DNA of 64,000 bases from a virus (Duplodnaviria > Caudoviricetes). The notes under the pieces were generated by a model. That model was not told the DNA's origin and searched no databases. It saw only the letters and a list, made by a program, of their open reading frames with translations. The translations under genes and the position numbers were made by a program. Location of the stretch: IMG/VR virus record IMGVR_UViG_2894787282_000001, positions 1 to 64,000 of that record; one strand, written 5' to 3'. Shown here piece after piece: positions 17,420 to 27,308 of this stretch. Every line of letters starts with the position of its first letter. The first letter of the stretch is position 1.

Positions 17420-19318
17420 TCAGATTCTCCGTTTGGTGGTGCCGACACTGAGGTCGACGGTATCAAGCTCAAACTCTTTTTCGCCGCTGATGCCCAGCGC
17501 GAAGTACCTCGCCTTGAGTCCTCGCGCGAAGCCCTGGCGGTGGTTTTGTGGCTTTGTGCTGCGCGGCGTAACGAACGCCTGGGTGACCGTCGTTTCCTCG
17601 CGTGCCGTCAAGGTGACGGTGGCTGCGCTACCGAGCCGCCCAGCCAGGTACGCCGACTCGACGGTCTTGTGCTCAGGCGCACCGAAGTCGGTCTCACAGG
17701 TCTTCACGTCGAAGGGGATGGGCGCCCCATCATCCGTCGTGCCTTCAAGCAAATAGAGCCCTGTACTGTTGGCGCCGTAGTAGCTGTTTTTGTAGCGCAC
17801 CACGTGCGTGAACGGGAAGTTCGTGTAGTGCGTGGCTGCGGGCACCTTGGCGTCGTACTGGTTGCTTGGGCTACTGTCCAGAGGCTGGAGCAGGTTGATG
17901 GCATAGGCTTCGTAGGTGGCCGTGATGACCGCCGATCCAATGGCGACAAGCTCCAGGCCGGGTAGCGTGATGGCTGCACCATTCCCGCCACTGTGCAAGC
18001 TCAGCGATGGCAGCGTCAGGTGCGCAGATCCGTGGTTCTGCGCGCTGGCAAAGGATGCCACCTCAAACAGCGGTAGGCTGATCGAAGCACCACCAACCGC
18101 ACCAGTGGTGCCAATGGACTCCATGGTGACAGTGCCGATGGTCACGCTGCACAGCGCTCCGGCGTAGCTCTTTCCGCTCATGGATGGCAAGGTTATGGCT
18201 GCGTTGCCAGTTGATGCAACTGTTGCCCCTGCGGCTGCGCTCAGGCTGGGTAGCGTCAGTTCTGCGTTGGAGACGGATGTCACGGTGCCTGCGACCTGAT
18301 TACTCAAGCCTGGCAGAGAGATATTTGCATTAGCCCCAGCACGCGAAGACACCGAAAGACCGGGCAACTCCAAGGCTGCTGCACGTTCCCTTGTGCTGTC
18401 GTGCCCTTGGGCGGCGACTGTGAGTGATGGAAGTTGCATATTGGCCTCGCTGTATGGACCTCCGACCGGATAACTGATTGCGTAGGTGCTCAAGGATGGC
18501 AGCGTCATGCTGGCGTTACCAGTCGCTTGAACCGTTCCAGCAGCCGCAGCCAAAGGTCTTGGCAATGTCAGTGCAGCCCTTCCTCCGCTGTGCGCCTTGC
18601 TTGACAGACTAGGTAAGCTCAATGCAACATCAGCAACCCCCAGAGAAGGCACAGAGAATCTGGCAGTCGGAACGGTGAATGTTGATCCGGTGTAAAGTGC
18701 CTCGCCTTTTATGGCGATCAGTTCATCAATATAAGCAGTGTTGGCTGTGCAGTGGCCTATCTTGATAAACGGTGTTGCCGGAAGTTTGATGGCTGCAGTG
18801 CCGATGGCGAATGGTGTTCCCATAGCACCATCCATTCCAAGCGTCAGATTTCCACCAGACCGAACTAGCACGATGTACTGCCAAACCCATACATCCGTCG
18901 CAGATGGGCCAACAATGTGATGATACGTTTGCCCCCCGATAGCAGTCGTCGTCTGAAAGTCGCACGACAGCACACCATATTGCTGGGCGATATTCAAGCA
19001 ATTGTCATACGACGCATTTGTCAGGTTGTACGGGATGAATATCTCATCGTCGCTTGTGCGCTTGTTCGATCGGATAATCAGCGTGAAGTCAGCCGAACCA
19101 AAGTTCAGATTCGCACTGACCTCTGCTCGAATGTAAGGAGCAATGCTTCCGCTAGGTCTGCAGTTGATGGCAGTCGCCCCAAATGCAGCAAACCCAATAT
19201 CTTCGACAAACGGAACAACTCCATTGTTCGAAATCGGCGTAATAGTGATATGAGCTGGACCGCCATCTGAAATTGAAGATCCAGAAGCCCCTGACTGAAT
19301 GGCAAGCGCAAGCGTCAT
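17420..19318 (-). CDS. Tail/virion protein with LamG-like N-terminal domain and 'LTLPSL' repeats
   Basis: 'FGSADFT...WQYIVLVRSGGNLTLGMDG...YIDELIAIKGEALYT..FTVPT' ConA/LamG-like; repeated xLxLPSL units. Confidence 0.65.
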   Translation of the reverse strand: MTLALAIQSGASGSSISDGGPAHITITPISNNGVVPFVEDIGFAAFGATAINCRPSGSIAPYIRAEVSANLNFGSADFTLIIRSNKRTSDDEIFIPYNLTNASYDNCLNIAQQYGVLSCDFQTTTAIGGQTYHHIVGPSATDVWVWQYIVLVRSGGNLTLGMDGAMGTPFAIGTAAIKLPATPFIKIGHCTANTAYIDELIAIKGEALYTGSTFTVPTARFSVPSLGVADVALSLPSLSSKAHSGGRAALTLPRPLAAAAGTVQATGNASMTLPSLSTYAISYPVGGPYSEANMQLPSLTVAAQGHDSTRERAAALELPGLSVSSRAGANANISLPGLSNQVAGTVTSVSNAELTLPSLSAAAGATVASTGNAAITLPSMSGKSYAGALCSVTIGTVTMESIGTTGAVGGASISLPLFEVASFASAQNHGSAHLTLPSLSLHSGGNGAAITLPGLELVAIGSAVITATYEAYAINLLQPLDSSPSNQYDAKVPAATHYTNFPFTHVVRYKNSYYGANSTGLYLLEGTTDDGAPIPFDVKTCETDFGAPEHKTVESAYLAGRLGSAATVTLTAREETTVTQAFVTPRSTKPQNHRQGFARGLKARYFALGISGEKEFELDTVDLSVGTTKRRI

Positions 19319-20763
19319 GGCATCTCCGATGCATAAGGCGTCATTGACGCAATGTCGGGGCCAACAATGTACGGCCTCACTGGAACAAACCACGGGTGCG
19401 ATGGCCTCGTCTCAAGATCGAGCACCCCAAACACCTGATCTTGTGTTTTGATGGTCTGCATGTAGCTGTTTCCGTGGGCAACGGCGCCGAACATCGCATC
19501 ACCTCCGAGCCCAATCCACTCATACACGGTTGAGTTTTTCCCGACATTCATCCAGCGCCTGTACTCCTTGCGAAACTGGGCAATCGTCGCAGGGTTCTGA
19601 ATTGACGGAGGCATTAGCCTGTCATTCCAAACTGGGTAATCTGGCGCATGGATTACGGGGCCGTTCTCAATCAGAGTGCCGTCATAGGAGTATGTTTTTG
19701 CGATCCTGCGACCAAGATCATTCTCAAAAGCAAAGTAGTAATCTTTGAACATGCGCAAAACATACTTACCAGTTACCGGGTTTATGGAACTCAATGCATC
19801 TGGAATGTAATAACCATAACTGAATTCAGATTCAGTAGTGCCACCTTTTCCGTTGCCGAACCAAATATCAGAGTTGATTGTCCCGGGCTGCAACTCGGTG
19901 AGAATTGCTCCAGGCGTAACTGGGTATACGACTGGCGCAATCGACAAAACACCCTCTGGGGTTCCGCCAACAACTGGCGGCGCTGAGTTGGCCCATATAT
20001 TAAGAAACGACGGCGGTATTGGCACCATCAGCGCCCCAAGAGAATGGGTTGTTGGCGGATATGTGTAGGTCTGCGACTTCAGCGCACCGCCGTAATATGA
20101 AAAGGTTGGAGGGTTGACGCCGACACCTGAGTAATTGGTGATTTTGTGAACAAAATCTGCGTAAGCTGTCGAACTTCCACTAAAGCCTGGCTCATCTCCC
20201 CTGTGCCTGATGGCTTCATACTTGGCCGAACTTGAGTATCCGGCAGCAAAGGTACTGGAGACGACTGTACTTGTGTCACCGGCGACCGTGGCGTCTGCGC
20301 TAAGCGTTACCAGTTCCCCGCTGGTATTTTGACCAAATACCTCCATGCCAGTGATTGTTTTTGGAGGTTCCGTTGTGGATACGGACTTGTAGCTCCCAAC
20401 AACCCCATTGGCAACCCAAGCCGTCGTCGTTCCTTTTATATTCTCAGTGCTTGATGACGCTGTTCCAGGGTGAAGTTGAAACATTGCCATCCGCTTGGCC
20501 GTCAAACTCATGGACTTCAAGGAATAGACACAAAGCATGGGTGTGTTGTCAACCCACTCTTTTGACAGGCACCACATATCCACCTTCAAGTTTCGGCTGA
20601 GCCTGATGTATTCGTGCCCGGGCTCAATGCGGACCCTGATGGAAACACCGTCAACCTCAAACGACTGGTTCGCGTAGGTCAGCCCCAGCGCTTTGAGCGA
20701 CTTGATGCGACTACGGGCGAACGGTAGATACTGTTCGCCTCCTTGGATCAGTCGATGCTCCAT
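19315..20763 (-). CDS. Virion/tail protein with a variable, lower-GC body
   Basis: 482 aa, coupled to the downstream gene. Confidence 0.55.
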   Translation of the reverse strand: MEHRLIQGGEQYLPFARSRIKSLKALGLTYANQSFEVDGVSIRVRIEPGHEYIRLSRNLKVDMWCLSKEWVDNTPMLCVYSLKSMSLTAKRMAMFQLHPGTASSSTENIKGTTTAWVANGVVGSYKSVSTTEPPKTITGMEVFGQNTSGELVTLSADATVAGDTSTVVSSTFAAGYSSSAKYEAIRHRGDEPGFSGSSTAYADFVHKITNYSGVGVNPPTFSYYGGALKSQTYTYPPTTHSLGALMVPIPPSFLNIWANSAPPVVGGTPEGVLSIAPVVYPVTPGAILTELQPGTINSDIWFGNGKGGTTESEFSYGYYIPDALSSINPVTGKYVLRMFKDYYFAFENDLGRRIAKTYSYDGTLIENGPVIHAPDYPVWNDRLMPPSIQNPATIAQFRKEYRRWMNVGKNSTVYEWIGLGGDAMFGAVAHGNSYMQTIKTQDQVFGVLDLETRPSHPWFVPVRPYIVGPDIASMTPYASEMP

Positions 20764-20766
20764 GGC

Positions 20767-21534
20767 TTATGCCCAAGCCTTTCCGTCGAGCACATTGCGA
20801 ATTGCCCGCCTAGACACCTGCATCATCACCGCGATTTTGTCTTGCGACAAACCACCCCCAGCGTACAGCCTACGGACTTCATCGGCTTTTGCGAAGCTGA
20901 GTTTTGCGCCTTGCTCTCGCCGTTCCTTGGTGTGTTTTTTCCCGAGCCAGCACCCGGTCATATTTTTCTTTTGTTCGTCGGTGTACTTGACGCCTTTTTT
21001 TGCTGCACTGATCTTTGCGCCAAATCCAGCAGGCTTCTTTTTTCCGTGCAAAGTACGCGATATTTTTTCCCGCTGCTCATCGGGCATCGGTTTACCGCGC
21101 TTCAAGTCAGCGGCGACTTCATACGCTTTGTCGCAGAGCCGTTTGCCATAGTACTGATGAGCCTCGCCACGCGGGACTGCGGCTGCAATCTTGGCTTTGT
21201 GCTCGTCTGTCAGCTTCATGCCCGCACATGTTTCCACCACGATGCGTTTGTTGTAGCCAAACTCTTTCTGGTTCGACTTGAAGCCGTCCATGATGCGCTG
21301 CTCGTAAAACAGAACGTCCTTTTTGTCGCAGACAATCAGCTGCTTGAATTCAAACGCAGACTCTCCACACTTATCCCATGCAGACTGCAAATGCGCAGTG
21401 GCGTGCTCACCTCTGCGCAGATGCTGCCGATGAGCAGCAAGTCTGCGCTTGACGTTTACCGATGACCCGATATACACCTTGTTGCTCAATGTGTTTCGGA
21501 TTTCGTAAACACCCGCAACGGTGATACGCGCCAC
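20767..21534 (-). CDS. GIY-YIG homing endonuclease with NUMOD3-like repeats
   Basis: 'GVYEIRNTLSNKVYIGSS..R..H..E..GYN', then 'TDEHKAKI', 'DEQREKIS' repeats and a C-terminal HTH. Confidence 0.92.
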   Translation of the reverse strand: MARITVAGVYEIRNTLSNKVYIGSSVNVKRRLAAHRQHLRRGEHATAHLQSAWDKCGESAFEFKQLIVCDKKDVLFYEQRIMDGFKSNQKEFGYNKRIVVETCAGMKLTDEHKAKIAAAVPRGEAHQYYGKRLCDKAYEVAADLKRGKPMPDEQREKISRTLHGKKKPAGFGAKISAAKKGVKYTDEQKKNMTGCWLGKKHTKERREQGAKLSFAKADEVRRLYAGGGLSQDKIAVMMQVSRRAIRNVLDGKAWA

Positions 21535-21537
21535 GAC

Positions 21538-22287
21538 TTAAGATGCCGGACAAGTTACTGTAAACGAGTCGATTGTGGTCGGCGCACCCACAGCGATGGT
21601 CAAGTTACTCAGGTTCATCTCTGCGCCGCTGGTGGCAATGGAGCCATCCAAGCGCACAGCAGTGGTTGATACGCCATCAGCATCAAGGAAGCTTGCCTTG
21701 AATCGGAACCAGCCCGCAGTGCCTGCGGCCAACCCGTTGAAGCTCCAGGTGCCGAGCTTGCTCACAGAGCCGCCAGATGCTGCCGAGAACTGCAGGCCAG
21801 CAGTTGCGTCAACGCCGCCCGTGATATTGCCGCTCGATGTGGCTGTCATCGTTGTCACAGTCGCCGCCAGAGCCAGGCCGTTGTGAGCATCGCCAGTCCC
21901 TGCCGGGGCTTTGACGGTCACCACCGCACCGGATGCGGTTGCCGTGTAAATGCCGTTGCGGTTGATTGCATCGGCCAGTGCTTGAGCGGTCGTTGCCAAA
22001 TCGGTGATAAAGGCAACAGGCCCAAGTGGGATGATGTTGAATGACCCGATGTTTACGGTGTTGACAGAGCCCGAAGAACCAGCCAGCGTCAGCGTGGCAG
22101 ATGCAGCCGTTTCTGCCACATAGGTGGTCGAGGCAATAGTCACGCGGCCCAACAGCGTGCCAGTCACAGCGCTGTCCGCCGTGGCGGGCTGTGAACCAGA
22201 GTAGATGTCAATGACGCCACCGGCAAAGCTGGCGGCAAATGCGGCAGCAAGGGCATCACGCAATTTGGTGGATAAGCGAAGTGTCAT
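21538..22287 (-). CDS. Virion structural protein
   Basis: 249 aa, 'IYSGSQPATAD..TGTLL..GTAGWFR..RLDGSI' phage structural family. Confidence 0.65.
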   Translation of the reverse strand: MTLRLSTKLRDALAAAFAASFAGGVIDIYSGSQPATADSAVTGTLLGRVTIASTTYVAETAASATLTLAGSSGSVNTVNIGSFNIIPLGPVAFITDLATTAQALADAINRNGIYTATASGAVVTVKAPAGTGDAHNGLALAATVTTMTATSSGNITGGVDATAGLQFSAASGGSVSKLGTWSFNGLAAGTAGWFRFKASFLDADGVSTTAVRLDGSIATSGAEMNLSNLTIAVGAPTTIDSFTVTCPAS

Positions 22288-22299
22288 GGTGGTTTCTCC

Positions 22300-23442
22300 T
22301 TAAAGAGCGTTGAAGGGCTCGCCGCCCTGTTGAAGAACTGCGAGATACCGTTTCTGGCCCCCGCTTTTCACAATGCAGCCCCCGGCGCGAAGGCCAGGCG
22401 CTACGCTGATCTGTCGTTCGGTGAGGTTCTGGAATGGCAGCGCGCTACACAGGCCGCGTGTCGTCCAGAAGTACACCTTGCCGTCGGCGTCCTTGTCGTC
22501 GTGCCAGCCTGGGACCACGCCGTAGTCCGCGAGCTGTACGAGCTTTGTGCCGTCGCAGGCATAGACGCGCGTCTCAGTACCGATGACCAGTGCCTCGTCG
22601 TGCGCGGCCAGCATCTGGACGTGGCCTGGCACAAGAATGAAGTTGCTGTTGAGGTTGAACAGATGGAACGCCAGCGGCTGGCTGAACCACACGACCGTCT
22701 GGTCTTCACTCGGCATGTACATGGCGGCGTACACCCTGCCCTTCCACACCTGAATCACATCGGCGCCAAGCGGCAGCGGGTCGAGGAACGCATTGAGCAG
22801 ATCGCGGCCAAGGTTGTCGGGCGAACTGTTCCAGACGAAGGCTGAGGTGGTGGCGCGCCCAGCAAGCTGGTACACGTCACTGTTGGCGGGGGCGATGTAG
22901 ACGTTCGAGCCTGGCGTCACGCCACTGATCTGCAACGCCTGACCGTCAGTCAGCGTGATCTCGGCAGGTTCACTGGTGCCGGTCTCACGCCCGTCAGCCA
23001 AGAACGTCGTGCAGCGCACTTGGTACATGCCTGCCGGAAGCCTGCCGGTAACCGCCGCGACGGTCGGTGCTGCGGGCGTCTGCCAGCGCCACGGCAGCAC
23101 CGTGTTGTCTGGCAGGATGACCCCGGCATCCAGCCCATTGTTGAAGAACACCTGGTCGTTGACCTCGGCCCAGAACATAGGGTCAGGCGAGCTGAGCGGT
23201 ATCAAGCGGTTGCCGTCATAGTCCGTCAGATAACCGTCGACCGCCGCGTAGAAACGGCTGTAGTCGAAGGTTGTGAACACCCCCACGTAGTCGCCCGCAC
23301 TCACCAGCGAGTACCCTGCACGCTTGGTCAACGCCCCTGTATCGGTCACATTCACGTTGTCCGCAGTTGCCAGCCAGCCGAGACCCAACCTCAGCGAATC
23401 GCTGACGTTGTTGAGTCCTTTGAAGCGCTTGATCTGTGGCAT
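22300..23442 (-). CDS. Virion/tail (nozzle or stabilisation-like) protein
   Basis: 380 aa, beta-rich, 'FKGLNN..ADNV' start. Confidence 0.6.
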   Translation of the reverse strand: MPQIKRFKGLNNVSDSLRLGLGWLATADNVNVTDTGALTKRAGYSLVSAGDYVGVFTTFDYSRFYAAVDGYLTDYDGNRLIPLSSPDPMFWAEVNDQVFFNNGLDAGVILPDNTVLPWRWQTPAAPTVAAVTGRLPAGMYQVRCTTFLADGRETGTSEPAEITLTDGQALQISGVTPGSNVYIAPANSDVYQLAGRATTSAFVWNSSPDNLGRDLLNAFLDPLPLGADVIQVWKGRVYAAMYMPSEDQTVVWFSQPLAFHLFNLNSNFILVPGHVQMLAAHDEALVIGTETRVYACDGTKLVQLADYGVVPGWHDDKDADGKVYFWTTRGLCSALPFQNLTERQISVAPGLRAGGCIVKSGGQKRYLAVLQQGGEPFNAL

Positions 23443-23483
23443 GGTCTCGTGATTTTACGTGAGAGTCCGTTAGAGTGCTGGAC

Positions 23484-23999
23484 TTAGTTTTGGGCGGCGT
23501 CGTGCTGGTTCACGGCTTCTCGGTACTCGTTGTACTGAGCTTGACATTGGCCGAGGTCAAGGCGTAACTTATCGGCTCGGGCAGACTCCCCAATAAGAAA
23601 TTCTGCATCCGGTCGATAAAGCTGGGCACCTGTGCAACTGGCACTTGTTCCAGTGCTGGCATCCGTGGGCAGACCAGTTCCACTTTCGTTGGGGCGGGCT
23701 GGACGGTTCCGCAGGCTTGCAAGAACAGCAGAGACAGCAGAATTAAGTAGTCTGATTTTTTCATCTTTGTCTTTCAGAATTGCGTCAGCTTGGGTTTGGA
23801 GAACGCCGGACTCATGAGAAACTTGACGGCGCTTCTCAAGAGACTGCATGACGACTTGGGCCTTGTCAGCATCCCAGAGCGCCTGAACCTCAGATTTGCC
23901 GCCCAGGTAGCCGTCGTGGTGCCACCAGTACAGCCCGTAGGACAGCGCTGCTGCAATGACGAGGCCAATCCACAGCCTGGGGTTGAGAAGCGCCCTCAT
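23484..23999 (-). CDS. Rz: i-spanin (Rz-like)
   Basis: N-terminal TM, coiled coil and C-terminal 'A.RAD.LR..L..CQ..Y'; contains the nested lipoprotein gene. Confidence 0.85.
   Translation of the reverse strand: MRALLNPRLWIGLVIAAALSYGLYWWHHDGYLGGKSEVQALWDADKAQVVMQSLEKRRQVSHESGVLQTQADAILKDKDEKIRLLNSAVSAVLASLRNRPARPNESGTGLPTDASTGTSASCTGAQLYRPDAEFLIGESARADKLRLDLGQCQAQYNEYREAVNQHDAAQN
23510..23764 (-). CDS. Rz1: o-spanin lipoprotein (Rz1-like), nested in Rz in another frame
   Basis: Signal peptide with lipobox 'LFLQAC' and Pro-rich 'CPRMP'. Confidence 0.8.
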   Translation of the reverse strand: MKKSDYLILLSLLFLQACGTVQPAPTKVELVCPRMPALEQVPVAQVPSFIDRMQNFLLGSLPEPISYALTSANVKLSTTSTEKP

Positions 24000-24364
24000 A
24001 TCGCCCGTACCTTTCTGAAGTGGTCCCATCGGCGCTTGATGTACCAGACCGTCAGCGCGATGAATAAAGCAAAAACACCCCGATACATCAGACCGACGGG
24101 CATAGGGCGCCTGAACTCAGAATCTCCCACAACGACAGAACCTTCAAAACCGAAGAACGAGTTCCAGTGGCGCGGTAAGTCGCCGGGCGGCACAAACGAC
24201 TTGAATTCGTGTCGCAGGTTGTCATAGTTGCCAAGGTGCTGCCAGGGCCAGGGGTGGCCGTCTTTGTCCCGTGCACTCATCCCTATGCAGAGATACCCAC
24301 CAAGCTCGTGCACGCAGTCAAATGCGTACATGAAGCAGTTGGTCGTGGTTGGGTTCGGGTTCAT
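23996..24364 (-). CDS. Hypothetical protein with C-terminal TM, in the lysis cassette
   Basis: 122 aa, ATGA overlaps on both sides. Confidence 0.6.
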   Translation of the reverse strand: MNPNPTTTNCFMYAFDCVHELGGYLCIGMSARDKDGHPWPWQHLGNYDNLRHEFKSFVPPGDLPRHWNSFFGFEGSVVVGDSEFRRPMPVGLMYRGVFALFIALTVWYIKRRWDHFRKVRAI

Positions 24365-24555
24365 ATCGAGTCCGTCTCGGTATCGTTGTCTTCCCAGCCC
24401 TTGCGCTGTGGGTTCAGGCCACGGCGCTCCTTCGCAACCGGGATGCTGTGTTTGCGGCGATCTGTTTGAGGTATGCGCAGTTTTGCTGCAAGCTGATCTT
24501 GCAGAGTGTGTGCGGCACCGAGACGTTCGCGGGTGCGCTGTTCAATGATGCTCAT
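24361..24555 (-). CDS. Small hypothetical protein
   Basis: 64 aa, ATGA-coupled. Confidence 0.55.
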   Translation of the reverse strand: MSIIEQRTRERLGAAHTLQDQLAAKLRIPQTDRRKHSIPVAKERRGLNPQRKGWEDNDTETDSI

Positions 24556-25184
24556 GCCAGCACCTCGTCAGCCACACGGAACAGCGCCAGGCGCTCCTTG
24601 AAGCCGTTGGCATCGCCTTTGATCTCCGTCTTTTTGCCACGGTTGATCACATCGCTGACGCCATCCACATCGCCGAGGTCAGCCCAGTAGTTCAGGTTGT
24701 GCGCTTCCCAAAAGTCACAGGCGCTCAGAACGGCCCACAGCGGCAAGGCCAAGGCCTCCGGGTCTTGCTCAAAGTCGGGAACATTGTGGTTTGGCAGGCG
24801 GGCGCGCAGCCTGTCTCGGGCCTTTGCGTGGTTGTAGCGCCCGGTGCTTTGCAGCAGGCCGTGGCCGCGATACCGCTTGCCGTCACCGGGCTGTGAATTG
24901 CCCAGGTTGAATGCTTTGTAGTTCCTGTCGCCGCGTTGCAGGCCAGGACCCCATGACTGCGAGAAGTCGCGCTCATAGGTGCTTTGCGCAGCGGTTGGCT
25001 CAGCACCCCACAGTTCCGTGGTGCACCTGAGCATCATTGACTCGTGCAACACCTGGGGCAGAAACATTTTCTTGCGCAGTAGTGTGTCTATGCCAAATTC
25101 AGGCATGGCCATGGCCAGCAATGGTGCGTAGGTGGCGGCGCGGTCGGCGCGGACGCCCATGTGTATCAGCTCTGATGGTGTCAT
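24552..25184 (-). CDS. Endolysin, glycoside hydrolase family 19
   Basis: 'FLPQVLHES..E..LGNSQPGDGKRYRGHGLLQSTGRYN..W..IN.G..ER'. Confidence 0.9.
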   Translation of the reverse strand: MTPSELIHMGVRADRAATYAPLLAMAMPEFGIDTLLRKKMFLPQVLHESMMLRCTTELWGAEPTAAQSTYERDFSQSWGPGLQRGDRNYKAFNLGNSQPGDGKRYRGHGLLQSTGRYNHAKARDRLRARLPNHNVPDFEQDPEALALPLWAVLSACDFWEAHNLNYWADLGDVDGVSDVINRGKKTEIKGDANGFKERLALFRVADEVLA

Positions 25185-25372
25185 TTGGCTGCTCCTTCAT
25201 TCTGTTTTTGCTTGACATTCCCGGCGATATAGGCGCCAACAGTGAGCGCAACCGCACCACCCCAAGCCAGTCCAGCAAGGTCCATCTTCCCGAACCACTG
25301 CAGTACATCTGCGCTGATCAATGAGCCCCAACAAAGAAGGTATCTACGGCCTCCATATTTTTCAAAGTTCAT
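25181..25372 (-). CDS. Putative holin (2 TM)
   Basis: 63 aa 'GRRYLL..TVGAYIAGNV', directly upstream of the endolysin. Confidence 0.65.
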   Translation of the reverse strand: MNFEKYGGRRYLLCWGSLISADVLQWFGKMDLAGLAWGGAVALTVGAYIAGNVKQKQNEGAAK

Positions 25373-25689
25373 GTTTCTTTCACCTTCACGCAGATTTCTT
25401 GTTCCTCAATCCACCCATTGGCACAAGTCACCTTGATCGTGTACTTGTACTTGGCAAGATGCTCGCCGCCAACCGACCAGACCCTCACAACACCATCAAC
25501 AATGGTTGCAATCTCCTTCTGTGTCATGGCCACAGTCGAACTCGTTCCATCGGAAAAAACACCGGTGCCAACGGTGACATCAGGCGCCCCAACAACATCC
25601 GTTTCAAGATCAGCCAAAAAGTCCTCGAAGTGAACGTCAAAGAACTTGGCTTCACTTGGCTGCTTTGTAAAAGTTGCAAGAATGCTCAT
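25369..25689 (-). CDS. Small virion/fibre-associated protein
   Basis: 'FTKQPSE..FDVHF..VRVW..GG..Y..T..G..EQEI.V.VKE' phage adaptor-like family. Confidence 0.6.
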   Translation of the reverse strand: MSILATFTKQPSEAKFFDVHFEDFLADLETDVVGAPDVTVGTGVFSDGTSSTVAMTQKEIATIVDGVVRVWSVGGEHLAKYKYTIKVTCANGWIEEQEICVKVKET

Positions 25690-25691
25690 AG

Positions 25692-27296
25692 TTACCCCTG
25701 GTAGGCGAGTCTGGTGTTTCTTGACGCCACGGGTACGCGAACTTTGTTTTGAGCAAGCGGCACATAAGCGCGGCGTACAGCCATAGAAACCCATGCATTA
25801 AAAATGCTTGGTCCATAGGTGTTTGAGTTGGTAACTCGAAGTGACGCACTACCGGTGGCCACTGCTGATCCATTTGCCTGCAAGCTTATTGCTGCTGGAA
25901 AACTGGCGCCACTGGAGGCTTGAGCCAGCGCACTAGCCTCCAGCGTCACAGACAAGCTAAGCGCACCACCCGCTGATGCTTGCACCAATGCATCGGCACC
26001 CAGAGGGATGTCTAGCCAAAGCATTGCACTTCCACTGGCTTGGCCCTGGCCAGCGGCTGCAATGGGTTTGCCCACCGACAGTGCGGCGCTGGCCTGTGCG
26101 TTGGCAATGGCTTGCGTGGCCAAAGTGGCAGCACCACCAAATGCCGCAGAGCTGGCGGCCTGGGCCAGGGCCACAGCGGAAAAGTTGACCGCCAGGGCCA
26201 GCGTGGCCGTGCCAGTGGCCTGGGCAGCACCAGCAGCGGCCAGGTTCACCGCGCCGCCTGCAGCGGCCACGTTCAGCGCCGCACCCCCGGTGACCTGCCC
26301 GGCGCCTGCAGCTGCCAGTGGCTTGCCCACCGCTGCCTGACCAGTGGCCAAGGCCTGGGCCAGCGCACCCGCTGCAAATCTGATTGACAGTTTGACTTGC
26401 CCGGTGCTACTGGCCGTGCCGGTGGCAGCAGCAGCTAGGGGCACAGAGTGCGACATGCTGGCCGAGCTGCTGGCCACACTGAGCGCAGCGCCTGCCAGGT
26501 TCACGCCATGCAACAGGGTGGCCGAGGCGCTGGCCTGGCCAGCAGCGTCAGCCCCCAGCAGCACATCCGAGCTGCTGACCGTGGGCACCCAGATCGTGAT
26601 TTCTTCGGGCTCGAAGATTTGCCAGGGGTTGTCAGAGAGGGACTTTACCTCGGCATCAGATTTTGCAGTGTTAAAGCAAAGTGAAATATACCGCCGCCCC
26701 TTAAAGTGCCACGGACTTGGGCGCGGGGTGTGTGCACTATTGATGTCCCCAAAAGATACCTCGCCTTTACCCGATGCGCCGACGAGCGTAAATCCAGCAA
26801 CATCCAAAGACCCATTTAAAAATAGTCGTGTCTCAGATTCTTTAAACGTGGCAGCTATCGTGTAAGGGTGCGTCGTAGGAACGGACAGAAGCCCGTCAAG
26901 TACAACCATGTCGCGTGTGTAAGCCGAGGGCTTGCCATTGAATACGCGCAGCCCACGGGTACTACCAGCATAGCCGGAACCGTCTCCGCCAAACTCCAAC
27001 GCAATACACTCTTGTGGGTACCCGCCATCTACCAGGCAAAGCAGCGTCGCGTCTGCGTTTGCGCGCCCTGTTACGACGCTCTGAACTTGACCAGACGACG
27101 ATGCATCAACATTCTTGCCTGGCTCTCCGACGCCACTTATCAAAAAACTATTCTGGTAGTTTGGGGATTGAGATATAACCCTGCCGTTGGCAAACTCACA
27201 AGCAACAAATCCAAGCGCCAGCGGGTTATCCAAATCAATCCCGCACGCATCCTGCGGCTGGCTGGTGCGCGGGATTCTGACTTTGACAAACGGCAC
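25692..27296 (-). CDS. Tail fibre-like protein: LamG-like domain plus Ala-rich repeats
   Basis: Lower-GC globular N-terminal domain ending 'EVKSLSDNPWQIF', followed by repeated 'LxAxAxxQAxA' units. Confidence 0.6.
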   Translation of the reverse strand: MPFVKVRIPRTSQPQDACGIDLDNPLALGFVACEFANGRVISQSPNYQNSFLISGVGEPGKNVDASSSGQVQSVVTGRANADATLLCLVDGGYPQECIALEFGGDGSGYAGSTRGLRVFNGKPSAYTRDMVVLDGLLSVPTTHPYTIAATFKESETRLFLNGSLDVAGFTLVGASGKGEVSFGDINSAHTPRPSPWHFKGRRYISLCFNTAKSDAEVKSLSDNPWQIFEPEEITIWVPTVSSSDVLLGADAAGQASASATLLHGVNLAGAALSVASSSASMSHSVPLAAAATGTASSTGQVKLSIRFAAGALAQALATGQAAVGKPLAAAGAGQVTGGAALNVAAAGGAVNLAAAGAAQATGTATLALAVNFSAVALAQAASSAAFGGAATLATQAIANAQASAALSVGKPIAAAGQGQASGSAMLWLDIPLGADALVQASAGGALSLSVTLEASALAQASSGASFPAAISLQANGSAVATGSASLRVTNSNTYGPSIFNAWVSMAVRRAYVPLAQNKVRVPVASRNTRLAYQG

Positions 27297-27308
27297 GTCG
27301 AGCCCCCG

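Noticed and set aside
23510-23764. Nested Rz1 as a novel overlapping gene
   Set aside because: Real, but it is the well-known embedded spanin arrangement, so it is listed as a feature only.
17420-27296. Diversity-generating retroelement acting on tail proteins
   Set aside because: No reverse transcriptase and no adenine-variable TR/VR pair was seen in the window.
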